Shown piece after piece: positions 1 through 12,799 of a DNA stretch of 64,000 nucleotides. Position numbers and translations under genes: made by a program. The notes below the pieces were generated by a model that saw nothing but the letters and a program-made list of their open reading frames with translations, was not told the DNA's origin and did no database searches. The DNA is from Camelus dromedarius (lineage: Eukaryota). The stretch lies in assembly GCF_036321535.1 (NCBI RefSeq), contig NC_087436.1, positions 39,868,001 to 39,932,000 of the forward strand, written 5' to 3'. Within the stretch, counting starts at the first letter, position 1. Every line of letters begins with the position of its first letter.

Positions 1-760
1 TTCAGTTTTGAGGGGAGTAACAGCTTAACAAAACTGAGTATTTTGATCCATGGACACAGTATATTTTTCCATTTATTTTTGGGTTCTTTAATTTCTGTCA
101 GCAAAGTTTTGTATCTGTCAGTGCACATATCTTACACAGCTTTTGCCAGAATTATCTTTTAAGTATTGATTGTATGATTTTTGATGCTTTGTAAATAACT
201 AAAAATTATAAATTTCTGATTATTTGTTGCTATTATATATCTATACAATAGATTTTTATGTTGGATCTTGTACTGCATAACTTTAAAAATTAATTTATTA
301 GTTCTTGTCGCATGTTTGTAGATTCCATAGCAGCTTTATATAGACAATCATGTTACCTGAGGGTAAAAGTCTTCTTTTTCTTTCCAGTCTGCCTGCCTTT
401 TGCTTCATGCCCTTGTTTTCTGCGCTAGTGAGGACTCTAGGACAACTGCATCAAAGTGGTGGTGTTGGAGGTGCTTGTCTCCCTTCAGATCTTAGGGCGA
501 GAGCATCCAGCCTTTCACTACTAGGTATATTAGCTGTAGGGTTGTTTTTTTTTAAATACTTTTTATTAAGTTAAGAAAGTTTTTTTTCTCTTCTTATTTT
601 GTTTAGAGTTCTTATAAGACACAGCTATAGGATTTTGTCAAATGGCTTTTCTGCATCTATTGACGTGATCATATAGTTTTCCTTCTTTAGTGTGTAAATA
701 TGATAAATTGCACTGACTGCTATTAAAGTGTTAAAACAAGCTTGTATTTCTGGAATAAAA
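1..760 (-). mobile_element. Old LINE-1 ORF2 fragment (decayed)
   Basis: Minus-strand ORF 625-831 ends ...KKENYMITSIDAEKPFDKIL, matching the L1 ORF2 RT-region motif KNHMIISIDAEKAFDKI; the T-rich antisense L1 text runs to the window start. Confidence 0.9.
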
Positions 761-916
761 GCTTTTATCCTCTTAGGTCTTACCCTAGGCTTCCTTAGGC
801 AGTCCAGAACAACATTCAGTCTAATCCCCACTCCCCCCCCCCCCCCAGAGATAAAACCCTTCTAAGTAATCCTCCCTAAATCCATCAACTAAATTTTCAA
901 CTCTGGCTGATAAGAA

Positions 917-1564
917 TGTTACTGAATTGGTCACTAACCTGGGCTGAAACCCTTTGTCTCAGCCAGGGAGATTCTTTTTCTTTTGGGATTGCCATAGCCA
1001 CTAATGAAACCAGTGCTGAGATTGGAACAGCACAATCTTTATACAATTTATTTTTTCAGTTTATTCTTTTGGCTCAATGGTCAAAGAATGGAGGAGCAAG
1101 AACCTAGTTTGCAAATCAGCTTCTCAATCCAATTTGGGTGGAGACACCATATAAATAGGAGGGTTGAGGTAAAAGGGAGGGAGTTAGAAAGAGGAGGAAA
1201 AATGTTCCTGAGTTATCTGACAACAGAGGTGTGGTTTGGACCTAGAACTAATGCAACACTCCTTTTCAGTCCTTGTTTGGGCTTTTCCCATTGTCATGGC
1301 AATTGCCAACTGCCATGGTGCTGGTGGGTGTGTCATTTAGCATGCTAATGAATTACAGTGAGCATATAATGAAGCTCAAGGTCTACTAGAAGTCAAATCT
1401 TCTGCCATCTTTGGCCTAGTTCTTGTTTTTTTCTTTTTGCGGCTTCCTCCTGAAACTTGGATAAGAGTGATTGGTTTCCATTCCAGGGAGGAGCAGGGGT
1501 ATGACTTGGGGGCAACAGCTTGGTAACAAAAACAAGGAATATTCTTAACTTTGTGCAATCTTCA
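917..1564 (-). mobile_element. Probable ERV1-class solo LTR
   Basis: TG...CA termini (tgttactg... / ...atcttca); possible degenerate TSD agaa/agta; antisense polyA signal (tttatt) about 130 bp from the left end; higher GC than the flanks. Confidence 0.55.
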
Positions 1565-1599
1565 AGTAATGTTCTTTGTTCCCTCTTATCCTTTCCCAG

Positions 1600-2515
1600 C
1601 ATAAGGCAGTTTCTTTAATTGTATGTGCTGAGAAATACTCAGTTCAAGACTTGAGAAGGACCCTCTACGTATCTCTGGGGTTCCATCTCTGAGCTGTAAT
1701 CTCCTCTCTGACACTCTGTCTTATGAGCTCTAGCTGCTTTGACTCCCCCAGACTTCCATCTCTATCTTCTTCATTTCTAGTTTCCCTCTCCTTGCACCAC
1801 AATGTGGAAACTTTCTTAAGGCAGTAAATTCAGGCAATTTTGTTTCCTTTCTCTCAGGTATTATTGTATTATTGCTTGAGTTCATTTCCTTGAAAGTTGT
1901 TTTTTCTTGTATTTTGCCTGTTTTTTATTTGTTTTAGATAGTAGGATATAGGGGATCAGAATTTGACACCCAAAAATATGTCTCTTTGGCCTAGTAATTA
2001 TTTTAAGCTGGTTATTTTCTAGGAAACAGCAGACTTGGGAAAAACTCTGAAAACCAAGTAAGAATTAGCCTTTTGTAAGAAACATTAATATTTGAAAGAG
2101 AAAGTCCATTTGTAAGGGTGTTTCTCTTGTTGTACCTGAAAGGAGAGGATGACCAAATCTCTGGAAACTCTCATCAGTAGGGGAGGCAATGACTTAAATC
2201 TGTATCACAATCTTATTCTTGTTTACTGTGCTTTTTCCAGTTACTTCCCATAACTGACTCCTCCCATCCTCAACATCCTCTTTTGTCTTTATTAAAGTGA
2301 GGACTTTGGCTATTTTGGTGAGTTCCTCAGTTTTCCTGGGTCTCTCTCCTGTGTATACATGTTATTAACTTTTGTGTGATTTTCCTCCAGTTAGCCTGTC
2401 TCATGTCAATTTTAATTCTAAATCAGCCAGAAGAACCTAGAAGTATAGAGGAAAATCCTCCCTGTCCCCCGAAAAGGGTAAATCTAGTTCCACTGTGACC
2501 AAAAGAAAAAGGCTC
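1600..2515 (-). mobile_element. Old L1 (L1M-type) 5'-region fragment split by an LTR
   Basis: 1600-1946 resembles an ancient L1 5'-end consensus, which resumes after the LTR as agggtaaatctagttcc (2475-2491). Confidence 0.55.
1947..2474 (+). mobile_element. MER34-like ERV1 solo LTR
   Basis: Start tataggggatcagaatttgacacccaaaaatatgtctctttggc...attattttaagctg resembles the MER34-family 5' end; ends ...ccccgaaa; 4-bp TSD agga (1943-1946)/aggg (2475-2478). Confidence 0.7.
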
Positions 2516-2805
2516 TATTAATATTTTAAAAGTACAGTTGGCCCTCCATATCCATGGATTCCATGTCTGTGGATTTAATTGGTTGTGGATAGAAAATATT
2601 AAAAAGTAAATTCCAGAAAATATCAAAAAGGAAAATTTGAATTTGCCACATGCTAGCAACTATTTACATAGCATTTACATTGTACTTACCATTTACATAC
2701 AATTATATTGTGTTAGGTATTATAAATAATCTAGAGATGATTTAAAGTGTATGGGAGCATTTACCCAAGTTACACACAAATACTACATCATCTTATGTAA
2801 GGGGC

Positions 2806-3537
2806 TATTGCCGAATGCAAGTTCATGTGCTCATGTGCCCAATGCACAGTGAGGCCAAACAAACCGAAACAGTGGAGTTTGGAGCAGAGGAAGGTCTATT
2901 GCGGGCTGAGCAAGTAGAACAGGTGGCTCGTGCCCCAAAAACCCAACCACCCCAGTGGTTTGAGGGGAAGAGGTTTTATAGGTAAAATTTAGGGTGAGGG
3001 CTGCAGGGTGTGTGTCTTTCTTCCAATTGGTTGGTGGTGAGGTAGCAGGGCAGTGCTCCAGGAATCTCAATCATCAGCCTTCTGGTTCCAGCCAGTCTGG
3101 GGTCTCAACATGTAGTTACCATCTTTTACCTGTGTGGGAGCCTTACTTCTTGTAGAAGAACTTAAAGATACGTATCAGATTGCTATGTATATCCCTTGAG
3201 GTGGAATTAGGACTATGCTTTATCACTGTGCTGTGGGTTTTTTCCTTTTTTAAAAATGGAGGTACGGGGTATTGATTTGAGCCCAAGACCTCATGTGTGC
3301 TAATCATGCACTCTACCACTGAGCTATACCCATCCCCTTATCACTGTTTCTTGATTGCTGGTCCTTTGTCCTTTGTTTCTGCATTCCCTCACTTCCTTGA
3401 TTAGCAACTTTTTGAATCTGCCCTTTGGTACTCAGGGAAGGTCTGGGAGGTAGAAACCTTTCTCTTGCAAATAAGAAACAGGGCGCATAAAAGGCTTTTG
3501 TACCCAGGAGGGCCCCACAGGATCCTGCTTGGTGTCA
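2806..3537 (-). mobile_element. ERV1-class solo LTR inserted in MER2
   Basis: Ends tattgccgaatgcaag... / ...cttggtgtca; 4-bp TSD gggc/ggac; cleanly interrupts the MER2 consensus. Confidence 0.8.
3230..3337 (-). mobile_element. tRNA-derived SINE (Vic-1-like, camelid)
   Basis: Reverse complement ggggatgggtatagctcagtggtagagtgcatg...gaggtcttgggctcaaa with Pol III A box; perfect 10-bp TSD ttatcactgt (3220-3229 / 3338-3347). Confidence 0.88.
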
Positions 3538-3667
3538 GGACCTGGGCATCTGCAGATTTGCTATCAAGGAGGGAGGGGAAGGGTCCTGGAACCAATCCTC
3601 TGAGGATACTGAGGGACAACTGTATACCTTTCTCCATCATGGAAATCTATTCTTTCACTCTAAAAGT

Positions 3668-4126
3668 TGTTGACTGAGGTTAAAAAAACACACAATGTAA
3701 GAATTGTGAGTTACAGTTTTATTTAGGGACCTTACTGAGGACTGTAGCTGGGGAGATAGTCCCTCAGATGGCTCTGAGAAATTGCTCCAAAGTGGTAGGA
3801 GAGGAGCTGGTATATATATGAAATTTTTAGGTTGGAAATATCTATAGACAAGCATACATCTTGGTAAGAGATTATTACTAATCATAAAAAATAGATATCT
3901 TAAGTTAATGATTTTAGTGCTTAGCTATGTATGGGAAGATGCAAGAATTAGAGATCATTGAAATTCTTCCTAAGATGAGTATCTCAATTATCTAAGGGCC
4001 TATATATCCAAAACACAAATGCTTCATCCTGTTTTTTACCCTGATTTCCTTTCAGGTAAGCGATTGCAGTGGCTAATAAGTTGATCCTTGTAGAACTGGG
4101 TGGTGGGCAACATTCCTTGCTTTACA
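3668..4126 (-). mobile_element. ERV1-class solo LTR
   Basis: TG...CA termini (tgttgactgagg... / ...gctttaca) with perfect 4-bp TSD aagt (3664-3667 / 4127-4130); antisense polyA-like signal near the left end. Confidence 0.85.
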
Positions 4127-6411
4127 AAGTCTATGTACTTTCTGGTAAGGTTAGTAAATTTTTATTTTTTAAATATTAAATTTCATCAAGTGAAATGGAA
4201 TTTGCCTCAATTTTTAACTTTTAAAAATTGGGATTTTTTTTTTGAAGTTCACAGAGACTTTTATAATAATGATTTGATAATATGATCTGAAACTGGCAAA
4301 CCTGACTTTGAAATTTGTGACTCCATGCATTTCATATGCTTGTTGTCTTCATAGTGTCAATAGCTCCATTTCCCTTGAAGAGTTTTATTATGCCCATTTC
4401 ACTAAATACACGACAAACTTTAGGAATAAAGTAATAAATCAGACACAAGGCTGTGCCCTGTAGTAAAGGAAGGCCAGGCTATTAACAGGTGAATGTAATA
4501 AAATGCTGATTTTCAAACAGTTAAACACAACTTCTCTGTTAGTCATCGCAGTGTTTTGGTGTTCAAATATAAAATGCAGTGACATCCAATAAAACTTAAG
4601 CTGGTAAGGTCATATTCTTTGAGGATGCTGCTCACTCATTTTATTTTCACTGAGCACTACTACTGTAAGTAAAATATTTACCTGTATCTAACATTATTTG
4701 GTATATTATCTCCTTTCAGTTTATAGATAGTTTTGTAATCAACATTAATTTTTTTAGGGGGGATAGTCAGGAGATGAATACAAATATGTTCTTTAAAATA
4801 AAACAATATGTGGAGAGGTCTTAAATACGAAACTTTTAAGAAGATGGGATTTTTAAAGGCATGTTGAGAATAACTAAATGTATATTCTGAAATATTAAAG
4901 ATACTCATTTTATAGCAAACTTTGGTCTAAGTAAATTTAATAAGTAAAAAGGTATTTAGTGGTGCTCTGGTATCAACATCTAGTTTATATTAAAAAGGCA
5001 CTTGTTTTAACTTTTAATTAGAATGCCTAATGGACTAGTCTCTAATCTGGTGTGATCTCTATAGAGTTTTTTCTGACTTTGTCATCCATGTCTTACAAAT
5101 TAGGTTGCCTGTTTCTCATTTCAGTCATTATTAAAAATCACAAAAAATCCTTGATCTTTCCTTAGCCATTTATTTTCAAATTAAATACTTATGTACCCAG
5201 TATTTATCAGTTGCTCTCTGTGGAAGTTGCTCTTACCCTCTGAGACTCTGCAAATCGATGGCCGTCTGACCTTTTTAAAAAACTTTCCATCCTTATTAAT
5301 GATTTGTTTTTGTTTTGTTTGGGTTTTTTTTTTTGTTTGTTTTTTGTCCTTTTAACTTTTTTTTTCACTTGAGCATTCTCCCAGCCTGTATCTTCCTACC
5401 ACAAGCAGCACTGTCTCCTGGCTGAACTTCCTGGTTTTTTTCCAGCACATGGGGGCAAATGTTATTTTGTCCCTTTTTCTTGTCTCTTTTGGGGAGTAAA
5501 AATTGCTCGTTTGGTGTACTAATGCTAAAAACAAATCTCCCACTTTGCTCAAGGGACCTATCCTGTTTATTGCAAATTAGTAATGCCAGGATGATTTACT
5601 AAAAACGTCACGGCCTCTATCTTTGATCTAAACAGGCACTCAGGGGACAGAGAAGAGAAAAGGGTTAGGACTGCAGTGTGGCCAAGCGCGCATTGCAGTT
5701 AGAGGGAAGTTAGGGTACTTGATCCTAATCTTGCTGTGTTACACACGGGGTTATTTTAGAAAGTCAAACTCATTTCTTCATTAGTAAACTAAAGAACATA
5801 AATCCTCTTTAAGGTACATTAGGCCTCAGAGCTAGAAAGAATGATGGATTATAACAAATAACATATTTATTTAGGGCAAGCAGTTCATAAGATTCAGAGT
5901 TTATGGTTGGGATGGTCAAAGATTAAAATTTCAGATTCCTAAATGTGAATCACAGGGAAACAAAACTTTACAGCTATTTCTCACTGTAGTGTTCTGTATT
6001 CTTGACACATACTTAAGAATGAAACTGCAGTGTCACAAAGAACTCCCTTAAATGATTAATAACCAAAAGTAAATACAAATGAAAAGCCAAAATAGATTCT
6101 CACGGAATTCTATTCAGGAGCAAATGCAATGATAATGTTGCAGTATATGCTGGTAACTTCATAAATAAAATGCTCAGGTACTTTATTCCTGCTGGGTCAG
6201 AAGAAATCTTTTTTATTGTCTTCTACAGGCTACAATCTCTTTGAGGGATGGTCTGTTTCAGTATATAAATATCTTCAACAATTAACACTGTACATTATTC
6301 CTAGAAGGTGCCTGTAAGTGTCTGTTGGATGAATTAATTAAATTCGGAAATTAGGACACTTCTAACAGATTTTGTGGGTACAAATCTGTCTTTAGAAGTG
6401 TTACTATCTAA

Positions 6412-6546
6412 GGGGGATGAGTATAGCTCAGTGGTAGACTGTGTGCTTGGCATGCATGAGGTCCTGGGTTCAAAAGCCCCAGTACTGCCACTTAAAAGAT
6501 AATAAAATAAATTAAAAAACCTAATTACCCTTGTGCAAAAAAAAAA
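6412..6546 (+). mobile_element. tRNA-derived SINE (Vic-1-like, camelid)
   Basis: gggggatgagtatagctcagtggtagactgtgtgcttggcatgcatgaggtcctgggttcaaa; A box 6424-6434, B box ~6467-6478, A-rich tail; 16-bp TSD aagtgttactatctaa/aagtggttctatctaa (6396-6411 / 6547-6562). Confidence 0.9.
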
Positions 6547-7059
6547 AAGTGGTTCTATCTAACCATTGTGTAACAGAATGAACAATGTGTCCTGCAGAAG
6601 ATGGTATCTATCACAGATTTCCCCAAAGAAGGAGGCAGATGAGGGCTATTCTTCATCAATCATCCATCATCCAATAATCAGTTAGTGTTAACTCTTACAA
6701 TTAATAATCACCCAAGCTTTTTTAGATCATTTCTGGGGAAACACCTTGCATACCTTCTATTAGATTTTTGACTCACCCTAGGAAAAAAAAAGGTTACAGG
6801 CCCCAAGTGAATTTTATTATTTAATTATAGGCTTTAAGTGACTTGTATTATTTACTGGCTATCTTTGAATCAAATAAGAATTAACAATCAGGTTTGCTCA
6901 GCACTTAATCTTCTGGGGAAGAGCCTAAATTGTCTTGCTCTGCATATATGGGGACAAAATGACTAAGAGGAAAGAGAACTACTGCAGAAAATGCTTTTTG
7001 ATTTTCATCTGCAGTTGATAAAAGGAGATTTAACAGTCTGGATAAATGTCATTAAATAT

Positions 7060-7338
7060 AAGCATGATGGAGAGGAGACTGAGCAGGGAACTGTGCAGGC
7101 AGTCATACTGTTCACATCCCGGTACCCTCTTTCATTGTGTAGTCACACAGTGAGCAAGTTGTTCATTTCCTTGCTCCTCAGTTTTCTTATACGTAAAGTG
7201 GAGTCTCATACGTAAAATGAAAATAACAATATCTACCTCATAGGACTTTTTTTTAAGGATAAATTGTGTTAACACTTGCAAAAATGCCTAACACAGCTAG
7301 GTAAATAGTAAATACTTGTCAGATATTAGCTATTATTT
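7060..7338 (+). mobile_element. MIR SINE
   Basis: MIR core gagcaagtt...cctcagttttcttatacgtaaagtgg...aataacaatatctacctcatagg and tail attagctattatt. Confidence 0.8.
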
Positions 7339-7434
7339 TATGAATGAAAATCTAATACTAGTTTTCAATTGGATTTCCTCCCCAAATTGGATTTGAATAC
7401 AAAGTCTTCACTTTTGAGGTTATGGGCTTTATAG

Positions 7435-7619
7435 CAGTGGTTCTCACACTGGACTGCTTATTGAATGGAAACTCCTGGACAGTTTAAAAGAATCTGTTTA
7501 CACCTAAGTCCCCACCACCAGGGATTCTGATTTAACTGAAATGAGCAGTGGCCTAAAGACCTTAATTATTCAAAGCTCTGGCAATGATTCTAACGTGTAG
7601 CGAAATGTGGGAACAGTTC
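7435..7619. mobile_element. MER5-like hAT-Charlie MITE
   Basis: Starts cagtggttctca; internal gattctgatttaactg and aaagctc...tgattctaacgtgtagc typical of MER5A/B. Confidence 0.75.
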
Positions 7620-7925
7620 TATAGAATGTTTCTCTTCAGTCACAGGCAATAAAAACCAACCCATTGTTTTCAGATATTTTCCCTTAAGTGTCTGGGATAA
7701 TACCATAGAAAAAGTCAAGCTTCAGGAACTCAACTGCATTTTGCTTCTTGTGGTCTGCCTTATTTATGTAACCTGCTCTCAAATTTCCAAATTGAAATAT
7801 CAAGTCTGCAGAGGGTTTAAGTCCTAATAACACATTGCCTTTACTTCTGAGGTATGATGCCAGCCTGAGTGGGTTTTCTGTTCTTTATAGTTGCTTCTTA
7901 ATATCGTCTTCATCACTTTCCCAAT

Positions 7926-8356
7926 TGTATCAGTTTCTATTGCTGTGAAATAAATTATCACAAATGTGGCAGTTTAGTGTAACACCCATTCAATTTGCTA
8001 GCTCACAGTTCTCTATGTAAAAATCAGAAATTGGAGTGGCTGGGTTATCTACATAGGTTCTCAGGCTAAAATCAAGGTCTTGACCTGGCTGAGTTCTTTC
8101 CTGTAGTCTCTGGAGAAAGATTCATTTCCGAGCTCATTCTTGCTGTTGGCAGAATACAGTTCCTTGTGGTTGTAGGATTGAGGTCCCTACTTCCTTACTG
8201 GTGGTCAACTGAGGTTTACTTTCAGCTCCTAGAAGCTGTTCACAGTCCACAGTGTGGATATTTTCTTTCTTCCAGGCCAGCAGGAATATGCTTTTCTGAC
8301 TTCCAATCACAACCCTCTGCAACCAGCCAACAAAACCTCCTTGTATGTAAAGGACA
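7926..8356 (-). mobile_element. MLT1-type MaLR LTR
   Basis: tgtatcagtttctattgctgtgaaataaattatcacaaat...ctcacagttct...ggctaaaatcaaggt...gttggcagaatacagttccttgtggttgtaggattgaggtccc, the characteristic antisense MLT1 text. Confidence 0.85.
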
Positions 8357-9835
8357 CAATTCAGCAGCTGTTGCGGCTAACTGTTGTCCAAAACTTGTTT
8401 TCGTGATTCTCTCAGTTACAAAGTCTCATGTTATTGTCCTGGATCCCCTTCAACTCATATTCTACAGTTCCAATTACCTGTCTGTTTTCCCCAAGTCCTT
8501 GCTCCATGAGCTCTAAGACAATTGGCTCATTTGGTAAAAGAATCTGCTTCCTCCGCTACTGGACCGAGAGTAGAAGGTCCCACAGACCTCTTTTACCCAC
8601 CACAGGGCATACCTTTTCTTATTTTAAAGGTTTACGTATTTTAAATTCTACTTTCATTGTTGGACTTTAGTGGGCCCTTTGAGAAGACACTTTATTACCA
8701 GAGGGAAGACTCTTTCTAGTTAGAGGAAATATGTTGAAAAACTTCATTTTTCAAAAAAGCATTTTGAAAGCATTCCAAGTGAAACAGATCATGAACATTC
8801 TGCTCCTCAAGGTAGAGGCTGTAAATAAAGATGGAGATTTCTTATGCTGAAAAAATGACACTGATTAAATATAGACTGAGGTAGTTTATGTGAATATTTT
8901 GGCTCAGTTATAAGCATTTTTTCTTCTCTCTAGCATAGGTCTAGCTATTAATTTTTCCTATATGCTGACAGTCTTACTGTTGCACAGTGTTAACAATACA
9001 AGATGAAAAATATGCTACTGTAAGAGTTTACGACTGTGAACCCAGTGGTCATATATTTCAAATTTGATTTCTAGTTTGGGTTTACTACTTGGTCCTTATG
9101 TATTTCCAGCTAAAGAAGACCATATTAAATTCTGATTGACTTCTCTAAAACCTGTGGCTCTTTTGTAGAAACTTGCTATAATTAATGCTAACATCTTGCT
9201 GCAGATGTATTTTCTTCTATGACATAGATTAGTAGAATAAGTAACTTTCTTATCCATATAGTCAATACCCTTAAAGTGTCAAAACCTGATGTCTGCTTTG
9301 CTATACCTCTGGATATATCCTTGGCCTTTTAAGCATTTAATTCTTACAGTCAATTTTAGATTAGTGAGCCACAAAATGTCTTATCTTTTCTTTTGTTCCT
9401 AGACATTGAAGCAGAAGCTCATGCAATATTCACATCCCCAAAATCCTTATAAAAATCAACAGATTATCTTTCTTCATTTGGTTTGCTATAGAGTGTGTAA
9501 TCTTTAGAAATTTCCACTTAGGATGTAGGTACTAAAGGAAAAGCTTGCTAGGCATGTTGGCACTTCTACCTCTTAGATTCCTTTCGTACATCAGTATTTC
9601 TTCTGCTACACAACTCTAAGGAAGCAATTGCTTTTTATCTGTCCTTATAGTTTAATAAATTCCTTAATTTACAATCCCTTCAATTTTACTATTTGAATTA
9701 CTGGATTAATGATTTCTTCTGAAAATTTATTCATAGCAAATAAATTAAGAAGAAATATTGTATGTACATCCATTTAATCTTCATCTATTTGTATTTCTAA
9801 TGATTTAATAGCTTGTGCTACAAAGCAACTTTCTT

Positions 9836-10651
9836 TTTTTTTTTTTTTAACATTTTTTATTGATTTACAATCATTTTACAATGTTGTGTCAAATTCCAGA
9901 GCACAATTTTTCAATTATACATGAACATATATATATTCATGGTCACATTTTTTTCTCTGTGAGCTACCATAAGATCTTGTATATATTTCCCTGTGCTATA
10001 CAGTATAATCTTGTTTATCTATTCTACAATTTTGAAATCCCAGTCTATCTCTTCCTACCCCTGCCCCCTTGGCAACCACAAGTTTGTGTTCTATGTCTAT
10101 GAGTCTATTTCTGTTTTATATTTATGCTTTGTTTGTTTGTTTTTTAGATTCCACATATGAGCGATCTCATATGGTATTTTTCTTTCTCTTTCTGGCTTAC
10201 TTCACTTAGAATGACATTCTCCAGGAGCATCCATGTTGCTGCAAATGGCGTTATGTTGTTGGTTTTTATGGCTGAGTAGTATTCCATTGTATAAATATAC
10301 CACATCTTCTATATCCAGTCATCTGTTGATGGACATTTAGGCTGTTTCCATGTCTTGGCTATTGTAAATAATGCTGCTGTGAACATTGGGGTGCAGGTGT
10401 CATCCTGAAGTAGGGTTCCTTCTGGATATATGCCCAGGAGTGGGATTTCTGGGTCATCTGGTAAGTCTATTCCTAGTCTTTTGAGGAATCTCAATACTGT
10501 TTTCCACAGTGGCTGCACCAAACTGCATTCCTACCAACAGTGAAGGAGGGTCCCCTTTTCTCCACAGCCTCTCCAGCATTTGTCATTTGTGGATTTTTGA
10601 ATGATGGCCATTCTGACTGGTGTCAGGTGATACCTCATTGTAGTTTTGATT
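9836..10651 (-). mobile_element. Young 5'-truncated LINE-1 (ORF2 C-terminus + 3'UTR + polyA)
   Basis: Poly(T) at left; perfect 15-bp TSD caaagcaactttctt (9821-9835 / 10652-10666); ORF 10309-10521 VQPLWKTV...PLLGIYP...CTPMFTAALFTIAKTWKQPKCPSTDDWI is the L1 ORF2 C-terminal domain, with a premature TAG. Confidence 0.95.
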
Positions 10652-11089
10652 CAAAGCAACTTTCTTATACCCAGAATTACTTGAGATTAAGAAAATTATG
10701 ACTCACTTTATCTTATAGATTTATATCAAACAATTAGAAGTTTAAAAAGGAAAGAAGGAAAATTCTTCAGGTCCATTAATGTAGTAGGATTGTCTGCTTA
10801 TATTGTTTGAACATTTTCAAGGAGATAATATTAAAAATGAGAGTTAGGTATAAAGAGCTAAGAATAGAAACAATGGATGTGGTAAATAGAAGGGCCATAC
10901 TGAGAAGATGAGAAAGAATGAAATTTTGTGAGACTTGTCAAAGGAAATCATGTTTGCAAGCAGTCAGTTATGAAACTCTATTATCCAAACCATCAATTAT
11001 TTTCATCTAAGACACCAACAGTAATTTAGGACACTAAATTACATTAAAATTTTCTAATTAAAAAAATGAGAATCTTCATTTTGAAAAAT

Positions 11090-12140
11090 TATTTTTTTAA
11101 TTGAGGTACAACTGACATACAACATAATATTAGTTTCAGGTATACAACATAATGATTCAGAAATTGTATAGGTTGCAATATGATCACCACCATAAGTCTA
11201 GTTACCATCCATCACCATAAATAGTTATGGAATTTTTTTCTTGTGATTAGAGCTTTTAATATTTACTCTCTTAGCAATCTTCCAGTGTTCAATACAGTAT
11301 TATTAACTATGGTTGCCATGCTGTACATCACACCCATATTATTTATTTGATGACTAAAAGTTTGTACCTTTCTTTCAACTCTCTTCACTCATTTCGCCAC
11401 CCTCACCTCTGGCATTCCCCAGTATGTTCTATAAACTTGTTTTTTGTTGTTTGTTTGTTTGTTTTTAGATTCCACATATAAATGAGATTATGCAGTGTTT
11501 GTCTTCCTCTGTCTGACTTATTGCACTTAGTGTAATGCCCTCAAGATTCATCCATATTGTTCCAAATGGCAAAATTTTATTTTTTATAGCTGAATAATAT
11601 TCCATTGTGTGCATATGTGTGTGTGTGTGTGTGTGTATCATATTTTCTTTGTCCATTCATTTGTTGATGAACACTTAAGTTGTTTATATAGCTTGGCTAT
11701 TGTAAATAACAGTGAACATGGGGGTTCAGATATCTTTTCAAGTTATATTTTGTCTTTTTTGGATAAATATCCAGAATTGGAATTGCTGGATCATGTGGTA
11801 GTTCTGGTTTTAATTTTTTGAGGAACCTCCATACTGTTTTCCAAAATGGCTGCACCAGTTTACATTCCCACCAACAGTACAGGCGAGTTCTCTTTTCTCT
11901 TCATCCCCTTTAGTTATTTCATGTCTTTTTGGTAATAGCTATTTTAACAGGTGAGGTGATATATTGTGGTTTTGATTTGCATTTTCCTGATGATTAGTGA
12001 TGTCGAGCATCTTTTCATGTGCCTGTTGGCTGCCTGTATATCTTCTTTGGAGAAGTGTCTATTCAGATCCTCTGCCTGTTTTTTAATCAACTTTTTTGTT
12101 TTGTTTTATTTATTTATTTATTTTTGCTGTTGAATTGTCT
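11090..12140 (-). mobile_element. LINE-1 3' end (older L1MA-like)
   Basis: ORF 11465-11656 MEYYSAIKNKILPFGTIWMNLEGITLSAISQ matches the L1 ORF2 C-terminus; antisense 3'UTR at 11090-11460; internal (GT)n at ~11607-11636. Confidence 0.9.
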
Positions 12141-12519
12141 GCTTGTTTTTATGAAGAGCTATTATAATATCTTCTCACTTGAAAGGTGCTGACCTATGGA
12201 AATACTAACCAAGTGATGATCACAATTGGAATTATTAGAAATGAAGTAGGTCCCTGGTCTTGCGAGGAATCAGTGGTGTTGGTAGTGGGGATTTGCTGAA
12301 AATGCCTAAGGATGAACAAACAGGATTTGCTGGGCAAAGCTGATGTTCAGATACTGGAGGAACTGAGTCTAAATGCCAAAATTCCAGGTCAAAGGCAGGA
12401 ATAAACACATGGGTGAATCTGGGCAGGAATGGGGCCAGAATTGGAGCTGATTGCAAAACAGAAAAGGGGAAACCTTAGAAAAGCCATACAAACACCAAAG
12501 AATATTTCAAGTTTGCCAT

Positions 12520-12770
12520 TATTAGCCAGATGGAGATCTGAAGCCAGACTGTCTGGGTAGAAATTGTGACTCTCTTATTTACTATATCTGTGACATTGGT
12601 CAGGTTAATTAATCTTTTTAAGTACTTGATTCCTCATATATAAAATGAGAAAATTATAGTAATAATCATCTAGGGCTATTGGAAGAATTAAATAAATCAG
12701 TACATTAAAAGTGCATAAAACATTGGCATCTACCTAAAAGATACTACTTTTATATTATTGTTGCTGTTAT
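12520..12770 (+). mobile_element. MIR SINE
   Basis: aagccagactgtctgggt...tgtgacattggtcaggttaattaatc...cctcatatataaaatgag core. Confidence 0.7.
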
Positions 12771-12799
12771 TATTTTTATTAAAGTGAATAAAGTCAAAT

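Larger units (their letters stand above)
2535..3622 (-). mobile_element. MER2/MER2B (TcMar-Tigger MITE), split by an LTR
   Basis: TA-flanked TIRs cagttggccctccatatcc / ggatactgagggacaactg; MER2 body (aataatctagagatgatttaaagt) in 2535-2805 resumes at 3538-3622. Confidence 0.9.

Noticed and set aside
6412..6490. tRNA gene
   Set aside because: Only the 5' part is tRNA-like; the A-rich tail, TSDs and a second diverged copy at 3230-3337 show it is a SINE.
10309..10521. 70-aa ORF as a gene
   Set aside because: C-terminal fragment of L1 ORF2 in a 5'-truncated copy with a premature stop.
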